From Chiloscyllium plagiosum (lineage: Eukaryota), in the NCBI RefSeq assembly GCF_004010195.1, contig NC_057752.1, forward strand, positions 9,596,377-9,630,154: a stretch of 33,778 nucleotides of DNA. The letters are read 5' to 3'. This document shows positions 11,226 through 21,577 of this stretch, in pieces. The position numbers and the translations under genes were made by a program. Under the pieces are notes generated by a model. The model ran no database searches and was not told the origin of the DNA. It saw only the letters and a list, made by a program, of their open reading frames with translations. Within the stretch, counting starts at the first letter, position 1. Every line of letters starts with the position of its first letter.

Positions 11226-11372
11226 CATGGCAATGCAGATCGGACAGAACCAGTCTCCCTCTGGAATCTCAACAATCTTGGGCTTGAGGCAGTAGGTGTG
11301 ACATCCCTGATCACAATTGTCGCACAGCAGCAAAAACTCATCTTTGTCCCCCTTTCCACAGATCTGACATGA
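11226..11372 (-). CDS. BAZ2A: BAZ2A exon: PHD finger
   Basis: Translates SCQICGKGDKDEFLLLCDNCDQGCHTYCLKPKIVEIPEGDWFCPICIAM, a complete C4HC3 finger. AG/GTAAG sites, phase 0-0. Confidence 0.98.
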
Positions 11373-11559
11373 CTGTAGAATAAATTCATGAAGTGACACT
11401 GTTTAAATCCAGGTGTGAGTGTAAAATGAACAGAAGGCATCTGATTGGCTGGAGGCAGGGTCAGAAGCAGTTTTAATACTCCACCCCACTGCTCCATCCG
11501 GTCAGAATCAGCACTCTATCCAAAGTCAGAAGTCACACACAATTATGGGTGCAGCGAAG

Positions 11560-11660
11560 ACTGAAAACAAAAAATGCTGGAAATCACAGTGGGTCAAGCA
11601 GCATCCATGGAAAGAGAGCAAGCTAATGTTTCGAGTCTAAATGACCTTTTCATCAGAGCT
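11560..11660 (-). mobile_element. Short PLE-terminus-derived element with hammerhead motif
   Basis: Minus strand 11660-11621 reads AGCT CTGATGA AAAGGTCATTTAGACTC GAAA CATT AGCT (4-bp stem I, imperfect stem II). It is followed by GGATGCTGCTTGACCC..TTTCCAGCA. Confidence 0.75.
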
Positions 11661-12439
11661 AGTTCAACGAAAGTGTACTCCCACAGCAGAAGCAGCAACA
11701 GTAAATTCTGACTAAACGTACCCATTCCAACAGCATAATGTTAGAATCCATTTCCTGCACCAGTCACTTAGGTGACCAGGTGGAGAACATGGATTCACTG
11801 TCCTTGGACAGTGATGGTACTCAGGCTAGCCATACGTGCCTAGTGTAGTGGGTCTCAGACTAAAGTGGATATCAATTGGAGGTTTTTCGCCTGAAGTGTG
11901 GCAGAGTTAGCAAGGAAATACATGTGATTTGTTGTTGGCATAGGCTTGGAAAGAGGTTGCCACAGTGTGTGAATAAAAGGTGCAAGTTAGAGGAACGGTG
12001 ATGGAGAGAATGCCGGAAGGGTCAGATAATATTGGTGAGGTTAGTGGACAACAGAGTAAATCACAGACACAGATGACAGAGGAATAGACAGATGGTGAGA
12101 CACATGCCATTAAATGTCATTATATGGATCTGTGGTTTTCGACTGATGTGTCATGAGAACTGGCCAAGTGTGCTGTGAAATTTTATATAAAGGTATTGAA
12201 AATCAACGTAAAACAATGCCACCAGATTAAGGGCCACAAATAGTCTGAAAGAGTTGAGTAGATTTTAAAAACGTGTCTGTGCTCACAATTGAAGAGTTTA
12301 TTTTGCCAGTGGATTTGAAACATTAATGCTTTTGATCCTTCTTTATCTTGTTGTATCTTGTTTTATGTTGTAAACCTCTCTCATAAGGCTGTAACCATAC
12401 ATGCAAGTAAGCGTGATGTTTAAGAGCAATCAATTCAGC

Positions 12440-12516
12440 TGAAAACAGTGGGCGTGCCATGGAATTGTCTGTCTCTGTGAAGTAAACTGTGTTACTAAAA
12501 AGGTTGGGAACCACTG
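12440..12516. mobile_element. Possible hAT (Charlie-like) DNA transposon end
   Basis: AAAAAGGTTGGGAACCACTG (12497-12516) is the reverse complement of a typical hAT-Charlie terminal repeat, CAGTGGTTCCCAACC. Only weak partner ends were seen (~11846, ~12307) and no 8-bp TSD. Confidence 0.4.
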
Positions 12517-12567
12517 AGATACATATTACAAGTTACATTAATTCCAAGAGTGAAATATCTTGCTTAC

Positions 12568-12703
12568 CACTTTCATGATAGATTTCTCCCAGGCAATGGC
12601 CCTCTCGAGTTGTTGAATGCACATGAATACCTGAGCAGCATTTGTGCATTTCAGTAAGGTTTCTCGCCACACACTTAAGCCAGGAGAGATGTGACCTTCA
12701 TTG
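12568..12703 (-). CDS. BAZ2A: BAZ2A exon preceding the PHD finger
   Basis: Translates (S)NEGHISPGLSVWRETLLKCTNAAQVFMCIQQLERAIAWEKSIMKV. The IAWEKS motif is typical of BAZ2 proteins. Phase 2-0. Confidence 0.96.
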
Positions 12704-13106
12704 CTGTGTGAAAGAAACAAAGAAAGCCATTCAGTTTGTTGTTCACTGGATGCCTCCACTGCCACAGAACAGGTGAATGATCTCCCCTGCTAAGGCATGG
12801 AACATTCTTATGCAACCTTCGCACGTCTTTAATAATAACACCATATGGAAGTCAAGCTCTGGATCTCCCCTGGGAAGATGGAGTGAAGATCAGGCCAAAA
12901 ATCGAGCAAGTTTCCTGAAAGATCCATGCTGCTGAAAAGCCCTGAAATGTTAGCTTACATTTCAGACGTGAGGAACTTTTGGGTGGGCTCCTGTGATTGT
13001 CCCAAACACACTGGCAGCACAGAGGGGCCCAAACTGCCAACAGGTACTCATGAAATTTAGGCCAGAATGTTAGCAACATATTGCAAATATTTACAATGTA
13101 AATTAC

Positions 13107-13396
13107 CTGTACTGCTTAGCATCATTGACACCCTCTGCAGAAGCAGAACTCATTGTCCCTGTGTTCTCCACTTTCCCTGAAACTGGTTGACACAGTGGTT
13201 CTTTCAGATATCGCCGCTCTACGTTTAACTCTAACGTTGCCAAGCGGGTTACAGCCAAGTCCAGAGGGTTGTTATTTCGTCGCATTAACTCCATCTCCTC
13301 CTCATCTTTCATTTTCCCATCACCTGAGGTGAGCCATTGCTGATCGAAATACACCAGGTCATCTCGAGTGGAGTCGGTGTCTGGACTGGTCCAGCC
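13107..13396 (-). CDS. BAZ2A: BAZ2A exon
   Basis: Translates GWTSPDTDSTRDDLVYF...NNPLDLAVTRLATLELNVERRYLKEPL...KQY. AG/GTAAT sites, phase 0-2. Confidence 0.95.
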
Positions 13397-13859
13397 CTAT
13401 GCAAATCAAACGCATTGCTCACTGCTCATGTAGAAATATGAGGCAGATCAGTGAAGGTGTTGTGGGAGATAGTGCAATCTGATAACACTGAGTCCTACAA
13501 GATCCAAGCTTGAGATGTTCACAGGACCTGACCCATGGCATCATGGCTCAGTTACATACATATTGCAGTAAGTGGGTAAGGAATTAATGGTGGAAACCTC
13601 TGTCATTTAAGTCCATGTAGTGTGGAAAAACATTGTTCTTCTTGGGTCTCATAACATGCCCTTCCATGTTTTTCTACCCACTCCACTTCTTCATGTCAAA
13701 TGAGTGACTAACTCAGAGTTCATCAATCATCAGCAATCCTCCTACTCCAACTAATTCACACATGCTGTCTAAACTGTGGAACACTTCACCTTTCTGTGTT
13801 CTCTACAATCACAGGGTCTTAACTGATTCCCTTATAAATTTTATCTTCTGTTTTATCAC

Positions 13860-14730
13860 TGCAGGCCTTGATCCCTCAACTGTGGCACCAGGGCCCTTGA
13901 TTTTTCAATGATGACAGCAAGGCCCTGTCCCTTCAGCAGGATTTATCATCAACAAATTACTGCTGCTTACCTTCACTGTACACAATCACCTGGTGGACAT
14001 ACTTGAACTCAAATGTCTTGCAACTCAGCATTATCACGATTGAAGTCATCTTGCTCAAGCACTACCAGAAATTCCACACCTCAACCCTCAATTCTATCAC
14101 TTTTCTGTGATGCCCACTCAAGGCCAATCTAACGGTGCACAATGTCTGTTTAACCATGAGCCGAGCCAGGTCTTCTGCATCATCAATATTGTTGGCGTCT
14201 GAAACAATGGCCACGTTTTCTCAATCTCACTGTCACTGTTCATTCACGCCATTGTGTCCATCAAACGGATAGCCCTCGCCCTCTGTCCTCCAACCTATTC
14301 TAATCAACTCATGCAGAACACCATCAAATCCACTCCTTCCTGCACCAAGCTTGACTGCCCTGATCATTGCTGCTTTTCATTCTCCAGTACATCAACTTCA
14401 ATCCCCTCAGCCTCATCTACAATTCCTTCCTCATTTCCTCTCCACATTGTGCAAGGTCTTGCAGTTCTCTCTGCTCACAAACACTGTGTAATCTCCCCCT
14501 CAGGACAGATTCTTCTGCCACAGTTCCTTCTGGAACTCAAAACCCCCCAAATCCAAACTTATCCACATCAGTACATCTCTAACTCGCTTTCAAAATCCTT
14601 GTTAAAATCTTCCTGCAATGATTCTGTTCGTCATCTCCCTCAGTTCTCCATTTTAAAAGCTGCTGGGGTCTGACTCCAAAGGACTACAGGACGTTTTGCT
14701 CTCCTAAAAAGTTCAAATTAAATGTTGTTG
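13860..14730 (+). mobile_element. Very old L2-clade LINE 3' fragment
   Basis: C/T-rich decayed coding relics (FIHAIV, QLMQN, WNS, FKILVK), ending in a ..TAAATGTTGTTG L2-like tail. Confidence 0.5.
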
Positions 14731-14939
14731 ATATGTGTGGAACATGTAACTTTTAAACTGGAATAAAAAATTCTGAATTAGTAACAGTTTAATTATTGCT
14801 ATATCCTCATGCAGCAACAAGTCTTTGATTTTCTACATTGAGAGACATGGTAGGGCAGTGTCAGTTAGTGTATGATTGTTCAGTTTATCCAGGGCATAGT
14901 GTAATCATTTGAGATTAGTGTCTGATGGGACTTTCCTAC

Positions 14940-15097
14940 CTTCACCTGCAGACTTGCAGATATTACTCTCTGCTCCAGGGCCTCAAGGTAGCGCAGAGCT
15001 GCAAGATCGACTGGAAATGCCCACTTCTCTGGCTTCCACTTCTCCACCATTTCCTTCGTTACGGAATGCTCCTTGTCATTATTGCTAAAGATGGAAT
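14940..15097 (-). CDS. BAZ2A: BAZ2A exon
   Basis: Translates (D)SIFSNNDKEHSVTKEMVEKWKPEKWAFPVDLAALRYLEALEQRVISASLQVK, joining GW in the next exon. Phase 1-0. Not listed in the ORF track. Confidence 0.95.
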
Positions 15098-15368
15098 CTG
15101 AGAAAGGAGAGAAATCAGGGAATTAAATATGGAGTTAAATAGATCTGGGCTGCTATTGGACTCAATACCCATGCGTTATTGATTAGGAAAAATACTTCAG
15201 AGTTTAGTGTCTGATTGCTGTCCAGGAATCCCTCCCTAGTCAAACCATTTACTGACACTCAGTGGCCAGATTTTCATATGAATAATGTCAACTAGGTTAG
15301 ATATGTGGCAACTAGGGAACTGTAGCCCACAATAGCCAGCACCTTTGGAAAATAAGATAATAAAAGAT

Positions 15369-15540
15369 CAATTGCAACATTTAAGAGGCATTTGGATGGA
15401 TATATGAACAGGAAGGGTTTGGAGGGATATGGGCTGGGTGCTGGCAGGTGGGACTAGATTGGGTTGGGATATCTGGTCGGCATGGATGGGTTGGACCGAA
15501 GGGTCTGTTTCCATGCTGTACATCTCTATGACTCTCTGAC
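15369..15540 (+). mobile_element. CR1 (HER1-like) short 3' fragment
   Basis: TFKRHLDGYMNRKGLEGYG plus tail GGACCGAAGGGTCTGTTTCCATGCTGTACATCTCTATGACTCT. Near-identical to 29095-29290 and the end of 20676-21240. Confidence 0.9.
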
Positions 15541-15710
15541 TGCACAGCGAGCTCACAAACATTATAGATACATTGGCTGGCCAAATACAAAAAGGTAAAA
15601 TATACTCTGAAGAAAATAGTATCCACTATCATCACAGTAAACCTCTGTTTTGCAGGAGTATCAATCATAACAGGATCACTGCAATATTATGTAGCAATAA
15701 GAGCCCTAAC

Positions 15711-15866
15711 CTTTCTTCTCTCTCATACAAGCTTGACTGACATAGTCCATATGTTTGAGGAGTTGTTTCTGTAAAGCCTTTTCCCGTAGCCCCCGCGGAT
15801 GAAGGGCTTTAAGGAGGCAATTTAGCTGCTCCAGGTTGTCAATGTGCCACCAGCCTTTCTGCATCT
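15711..15866 (-). CDS. BAZ2A: BAZ2A exon: WHIM3 motif
   Basis: Translates (E)MQKGWWHIDNLEQLNCLLKALHPRGLREKALQKQLLKHMDYVSQACMREKK. Phase 1-1. Confidence 0.97.
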
Positions 15867-16206
15867 CTACAAAAGAAAGAAAATACAATTAGTGAATCAC
15901 TGGAACTGCAGATCCGAGCTCCTCGAATAGTGGGAACAATATTGAAAGTTGCTCTTCAATCCTAATGCTTCCGCATAAACAAATATGGCAGTATTGTTAG
16001 CTTTCCAAACGTAACGTATCTGAAGTTAAAGCAGCTTCTATAATATCGATATGGCTGGCAGGCTTGTTCATGTACCTGACAACTTTAGAAAATGGTGGAA
16101 AGTGTTAACCCATGTACAGATTAAAAAAATGAATTCCTACAGGGCCTTACACAACTTCTCAGGATGTTCCAAAGCACTTTACAGCCAATTAAATATATTG
16201 GATATA

Positions 16207-16330
16207 AACCAAAAGAACTGCAGATGCTGTAAATCAGAAACAGAGATTGCTGGAAATGCTCAGCAGGTCTGGCAGCATCCGAGAAGAGAAATCAGAGTTA
16301 ACATTTCAGGTCCGGTGACCCTTCCTCAGA
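16207..16330 (-). mobile_element. Short PLE-terminus-derived element with hammerhead motif
   Basis: Minus strand reads TT CTGAGGA AGGGTCACCGGACCT GAAA TGTT AA, then GATGCTGCCAGACCTGCTGAGCATTTCCAGCA. Flanked by ATATA at 16202-16206 and 16331-16335. Confidence 0.75.
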
Positions 16331-16444
16331 ATATAGTCACTGTTGTAGTAAACATGGCAGCCAATTTGGGCACAACAAGCATCACAAACAGCAATGTGAG
16401 AATGAGCTGATAATCTGTTTATGTGATGTTAATCCTGGGATAAA

Positions 16445-16589
16445 GAAACACACAAATTTCCTCTAATTTCAAGCTTTTAAGAACAGTCATACTGGACTCC
16501 CTCTCCACAGTTATGCCAGACTGGCCAGGTTTCTCCAGCATTCTCTGCACTTGTTTCAGATTTCCAGCATCCCGCAGTATTTTTGCCTT
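16445..16589 (+). mobile_element. Degenerate short PLE-terminus-derived element
   Basis: Ends TTTCTCCAGCA..TTTCAGATTTCCAGCATC..CAGTATTTTTGC. Flanked by an 18-nt duplication: TGTTAATCCTGGGATAAA (16427-16444) and TGTTAACCTAGGGATAAA (16590-16607). Confidence 0.7.
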
Positions 16590-16990
16590 TGTTAACCTAG
16601 GGATAAATATTGGCCAGACCTTTAGGGATAACTCCCCTGAAATAGTACCACAGGATCTTTTAGTTCCACCTGACGGGATAGATGGGTCTTGTTTTAATAC
16701 CTTATCCAAAACAACAACACTTCAACAGTGCAGCGTTCTCTCGGCACTGGAGAGGCAGCCTGGAGTTTTATGCTCAAGTTCTGGAGTGCTACCCACTGAG
16801 CAATGGCTGACACCTTTGAGGAATTGGTGGCTAGGTTGATTGATGGTTATCACAACTAAATAAAGATAGGAAGAGCACCTACTGAAATCCCATGTTGGCA
16901 CTCGATAGTATATTTTTATCATGGTATATTTGGTTACATGGAAAAACTGTATCTTGCTGCCTGACTGTGCAATTCTGGCAAAGGCAATTT

Positions 16991-17154
16991 TATTCTAGAT
17001 TAGAGTGGTGCAAGAAAAGCACAGCAGTTCAGACAGCATCCAAGGAGCAGGAAATCAACACTTCGGGCAAAAGCCCTTCATCTGAACTGCTATGCTTTTC
17101 CAGCACCACTCTAATCTAGAATCTGGTTTCCAGCATCTGCAGTCCTTGTTTTTA
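16991..17154. mobile_element. Short partly palindromic PLE-terminus element with a perfect 12-bp TSD
   Basis: Inverted ends ATTCTAGATTAGAGTGGTGC / GCACCACTCTAATCTAGAAT (16992-17122). Hammerhead stem II relic GGGCAAAAGCCCTTCATC. TSD CAAAGGCAATTT at 16979-16990 and 17155-17166. Confidence 0.85.
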
Positions 17155-18010
17155 CAAAGGCAATTTGATCTAAGAAATAGTCCTTTGGTCGCAGAATAGA
17201 TTGTCTTGCAGAGAATCACAAACAGCACAACACTGAGGAAGGCCATTCAGCCCACTGTGCCTGTGGTTGGTTCTTGAAATGAACTATCCAATTAGTTCCA
17301 CTCCTCCTGTCAAATTAGCCCCTTTAAATATTTATCCAATTCACTTTTGCAGTGTAGGCAGAGTTTCAGAGAGACTTTTAAAAAGACTTTTAATATTGAA
17401 GAAAAGCATGCTTTAAAAAGCTAAAGTGTAACAAATAGCTCAGTAATAAATTCACCAGGAGATACTGAACCCTACACACTAGTTTGATATTAAAGAGCTG
17501 TAATACTACTGCTGTCCAATAGAAAGCACTCTATCAATAAGAATGGACAGTGACTCCTGACCCAGGCTTTGCATAAAGCATTAAGCTTGCATACTGTTTC
17601 AGAATGAAAACCTTTCAAGCAAAGCAAGTTAAAGAAATAATACCATTTCATTCATTTCTTTCACAAAATTCTGCTCTGTCTGAAAATTTACACAGGTTCT
17701 GAAAAGTGGAGAAATAAAGTTCAAATACATATTTATGTAAATGTTCACAGTTTGTTATGTAATAGAGACAGTAGCCACAAGTGTGGAGGCAAGTGTGACA
17801 AAGGCATATGTATTAGTTATGGCTCTGTGGGTGAAGGTCCATTCTACAGTACAACATCCAGTACAGGGCTGAGAGAATGCTGCATTGTCAAGAGTACCAG
17901 TTTTCAAATGAGAGATTAAACAGCTGCCTTCCCCTACAGGTGAATGTGAAAGATTCTGTGCCTTGAAGTGTAACAAAGGTTTCATCAATGTCTTGAGACA
18001 ATATTAATCT

Positions 18011-18912
18011 TTGAGTGTGTGGTGCTGGAAAAGCACAGCAAGGTCAGGCAGCATCTGAGGAGCAGGTAACTCGACGTTTTGGGCAAAAACCCTTCAGCAG
18101 GAATGAGGCTGGGAGCCTCAGGGGTGGAGAGATAAGTGGGAGGGGAGGGTGGGAAGTTAACTGAGGGTGCAATAGGTGGATAGAGGTGGGGGTAAGGTGA
18201 CAGGTCAGAGGGGAGGGTGGAGCAGATAGGTGGGAAGGAAGATGGACAGGAAGGACAGGTCATGAGGCTGGCGCTGAGCTGGAAGGTTGGAACTGGGATA
18301 AGGTGGGGGGGAGGGGAAATGAGGAAACTGGTGAAGTCCACATTGATGCCGTGGGGTTGGAGGGTCCTAAGGCGAAAGGGGTTCTTCCTCCAGGCGTCGG
18401 GTGGTAAGTGAGTGGCAATGGAGGAGGCCCAGCACCTGCATGTCCTTGGCGGAGTGGGAGGGGGAGTTGAAGTGTTCAGCCATGGGACGGTGGGGTTGGT
18501 TGGTGCGGGTGTCCTGGAGATGTTCTCTGAAGTGCTCCATGAGGAGGCGTCCAATGTAGAGGAGACTACATCGGGAGCAACGGATAGAACCAAATTTATT
18601 GGTGGATGTGCAGGTGAAACTTTGATGGATGTGGAAGGCTCCTTTGGGGCCTTGGATGGAGATGAGGGGGGGGAGGTGTGAGCACAGGTTTTGCAATTCC
18701 TGCGGTGGCAGGGGACGGTGGGTTATTGGGGGTGGGGGACGTGGACCTGACGAGGTAGTCGCAGAGGGAACGGTCTTTACGGAAAGCAGATCGGGTGGGG
18801 AGGAAAATATATCTCTGGTGGTGGGGTCCATTTGTAGGTTGTGGAATGGCGGAGGATGATGCAGTATACGGAGGTTGGTGGGGTGGAAAGTGAGGACTGG
18901 GGGGGGTTCTGT
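18011..18912 (-). mobile_element. Penelope-like element (Neptune type) 3' fragment: GIY-YIG endonuclease region plus terminus
   Basis: ORF 18367-19110 contains FHIHQSFTCTSTN..IRCSRCSLLYIG..FREHL..MAEHFNSPSHS (GIY-YIG). The terminal hammerhead motif is mutated (CTGCTGA..AAAACGTC, ~18071-18100). Confidence 0.88.
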
Positions 18913-19220
18913 CCTCTCACCCACATCCTGCACCTCTGTCCTCGAACACCACCCCTCCAATTGCAAACAGTTCCACCACAGAACACACCAGATGGCCTCC
19001 TTCTTTAAAGACTGCAATTTCCCCTCCCACGAGGTTGATGATGCCCTCCAATGCATCTCATCTGCATCCCGCACCTCTGCCCTCAAACCCCACCCCTCCA
19101 ACCACAGCAAGGACAGAACGGAGCGGTGGGGTTGGTTGGTGCAGGTATCCTGGAGATGTTCTCTGAAGCGCTTTGCGAGTAGGCATCCTGCCTCGCCAAT
19201 ATAGAGGAGACCACATCGGT

Positions 19221-19536
19221 GGGCGGCACAGTGGCACAGTGGTTAGCACTGCTGCCTCACAGCGCCAGAGACCCGGGTTCATTTCCCGCCTCAGGCGACT
19301 GACTGTGTGGAGTTTGCACGTTCTCCCCGTGTCTGCGTGGGTTTCCTCCGGGTGCTCCAGTTTCCTCCCACAGTCCAAAGATGTGCAGGTCAGGTGAATT
19401 GGCCATGCTAAGTTGCCCGTAGTGTTAGGTAAGGGGTAAATGTAGGGGTATGGGTGGGTTACGCTCCGGCGGGTCAGTGTGGACTTGTTGGGCCGAAGGG
19501 CCTGTTTCCACACTGTAATGTAATGTAATCTAAAAA
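19221..19536 (+). mobile_element. HE1-type V-SINE, full length, nested in the PLE
   Basis: A box GTGGCACAGTGG, B box GGTTCATTTCCC, V-domain, and CR1-derived tail GGGCCGAAGGGCCTGTTTCCACACTGTAATGTAATGTAATCT. Confidence 0.93.
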
Positions 19537-20368
19537 CCCCCCGTTCCTCACCTTCCACCCCACCAACTACTGTACACATCGCATCATCCTCCGCCATTTC
19601 TGTCACCTACAAAAGGGCCCTACCACCAGAGATATATTTCTCTCCCCAAGCCTATCTGCTTTCCGCAAAGACCATTCCCTCCACGACTACCTGGTCAGGT
19701 CCACCCTAACAACCGACCCACCCTCCCCTCCCGGCACCTTCCCATGCCACCGCAGGAATTGCAAAACCTGGGCACACACCTTCCCCCTCACCTCTATCCA
19801 ATCCCCCAAAGGAGCCTTCCACATCTATCAGAGTTTTACCTGCACTTCCACACATATCATTTACTGTAACCGTTGCTCCCGATGCGGTCTCCTCTACATT
19901 GGGGAGGCAGGATGCCTACTCGCAAAGCACTTCAGAGAACATCTCCAGGATACCTGCACCAACCAACCCCACCGCCCCATGGCCGAACGCTTCAACTCCC
20001 CCTCCCATTCTGCTGAGGACATGCTGGTCCTGGGCCTCCTCCACCACCAGTCCCTCACCACCCAAGCCTGAAGAAAGAAAGCCTCATCTTCCATCTGGGA
20101 CCCTCCAATCCCACAGCGTCAATGTGGACTTCACCAGTTTCCTCATTTTCCCTCCCCCACTTAACCCCAGTTCCAAACTTCCAGCTCAGCACCATCCTCA
20201 TGACCTGTCCTACCTGTCCATCTTCCTTCCCACCTATCCGCCCCACCCTCCCCTCTGACCTATCACCTTTACCCCCACCTCCATCCACCTATTGCACTCT
20301 CAACTACCTTCCTCCCAGCCCCACTCCCCTCCCAGTTATCTCTCCACCCCCGAGGCTTCCAGCCTCAT

Positions 20369-20400
20369 TCCTGAAGAAGGGCTTTTCCCTGAAACGTCGA
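20369..20400 (+). ncRNA. Minimal type I hammerhead ribozyme motif in the Neptune PLE terminus
   Basis: Reads TC CTGAAGA AGGG-CTTTT-CCCT GAAA CG TC|GA. The core boxes are intact and stem II is perfect, with a GUC site. Stem I is only 2 bp next to the core. Confidence 0.65.
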
Positions 20401-20675
20401 TTTTCCTGCTCCTTGGATGCTGCCTGACCTGCTGTGCTTTTCCAGCACCACACTCTCAACCTAATCTCCGGTACTCACTTTCACCACAATATTAATTCTT
20501 CCAAGCTACCACTAAAGTAAGCTTAATAAACAGGTTTTTATCACATTGCCTAATGACAGTCTTTGCTGTGTACAATTGGCTGCCATGTTTCCTACATTAC
20601 AATACATTTCACAAGTATTTAATTAGCTGTAAAGTATATTGGGATGTACTGGCATCATGAAAGAACCAAACAAAC

Positions 20676-21240
20676 AGAGTCATAGAGATGTACAGCATGA
20701 AAACAGACCCTTCAGTCCAACCCGTCCATGCTGACCGGATATCCCAACCCAATCTAGTCCCACCTGCCAGCAGCCGGCCTATATCCCTCCAAACCCTTCC
20801 TATTCATATACCCATCCAAATGTCTTTTAAATGTTGTAATTATACCAGCGTCCACCACTTCCTCTGGCAGCTCATTCCATACATGTACCACCCTCTTTGT
20901 GAAAATGTTGCCCCTTAGATCTCTTTTATATCTTTCCCCCCTCACCCTAAACCTATGCCCGCTAGTTCTGGACTCCCCGACCCCAGGGAAAAGACTGTGT
21001 CTATTTATCCTATCCATGCCCCCTCATAATTTTGTAAACCTCTATAAGGTCACCCCTCACCTCAGCCTCTGACGCTCCAGGGAAAACAGCCCCAGCCTGT
21101 TCATCCTCTCCCTGTAGGTCAAACCCTCCAACCCTGGCAACATCCTTGTAAATCTTTTCTGAACCCTTTCAAGTTTCACAACATCTTTGCGAGGAAGGAG
21201 ACCAGAACTGCACGCAATATTCCAACAGTGGCCTAACCAG
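20676..21240 (-). mobile_element. CR1 (HER1-like) LINE 3' fragment
   Basis: ORF pieces KDVVKLERVQKRFTRMLPGLEGL and GHRFRVRGERYKRDLRGNIFTKRVVHVWNELP, with the canonical tail. Older CR1 debris continues to ~21570. Confidence 0.92.
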
Positions 21241-21577
21241 GAGGAGGAATAAGGCCTTTTGAGCACACTCCTTCAATCAATATGATCAGAGCTGATCAAT
21301 TACCTCCACGTCATCTTCCCACAGCATGACTATATCCCTCAATTCCCTTCATACCCAAAAATCTATCAATCTCTGTCAATCTTCTATACTCCAGGGAATA
21401 TTGGCCAATTCTCCTCACTCTGTCTTCAAAGGAGAATCACCCCAGTAATCAGTCCACTTTATGCATTTCCTCCAAGGCAACTATATCCTTCGGTTGGTAA
21501 GGAAATCAAAACTATACATGTTACTCCAGTTACCAAGGCCTTGTGTAAGGCTAGGAAGACTTTTTAAACTCTTATAA

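Larger units (their letters stand above)
16123..16811 (-). mobile_element. DeuSINE (SacSINE1-like) with two nested PLE-derived insertions (16207-16330, 16445-16589)
   Basis: CAAAGCACTTTACAGCCAAT, GGCAGCCAATTTG, GGGATAAATATTGGCCAG and CAGTGCAGCGTTCTCTCGGCACTG are collinear with the other DeuSINE copies once the inserts are removed. Confidence 0.8.
18913..20485 (+). mobile_element. Penelope-like element (Neptune type) 3' fragment in the opposite orientation, interrupted at 19120-19536
   Basis: Translates QMASFFKDCNFPSHEVDDALQCISS..KDRT, resuming at ~19537 (FLTFHPTN). It has a Cys-rich linker FPCHRRNCKT and the GIY-YIG segment FTCTSTHIIYCNRCSRCGLLYIGE. The terminus carries a hammerhead motif. 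Confidence 0.88.
17850..20665 (+). mobile_element. DeuSINE split into 17850-18008 and 20486-20665 by the PLE composite
   Basis: Left part: GCTGCATTGTC..TTTCAAATGAGAGATTAAAC..CAGGTGAATGTGAAAGAT. Right part: ATCACATTGC..AATTGGCTGCCATGTTTCCTACATTACAA..GCTGTAAAG. The two are continuous across the duplicated ACAATATTAAT. Confidence 0.7.

Noticed and set aside
18071..18100. Hammerhead motif in the left PLE arm (sense to BAZ2A)
   Set aside because: The core is mutated (CTGCTGA, AAAA instead of GAAA), so it is not expected to cleave.
19221..19295. tRNA-like sequences at SINE heads (also ~25803, ~29684, ~22560)
   Set aside because: These are SINE promoter regions continuing into SINE bodies, not tRNA genes.
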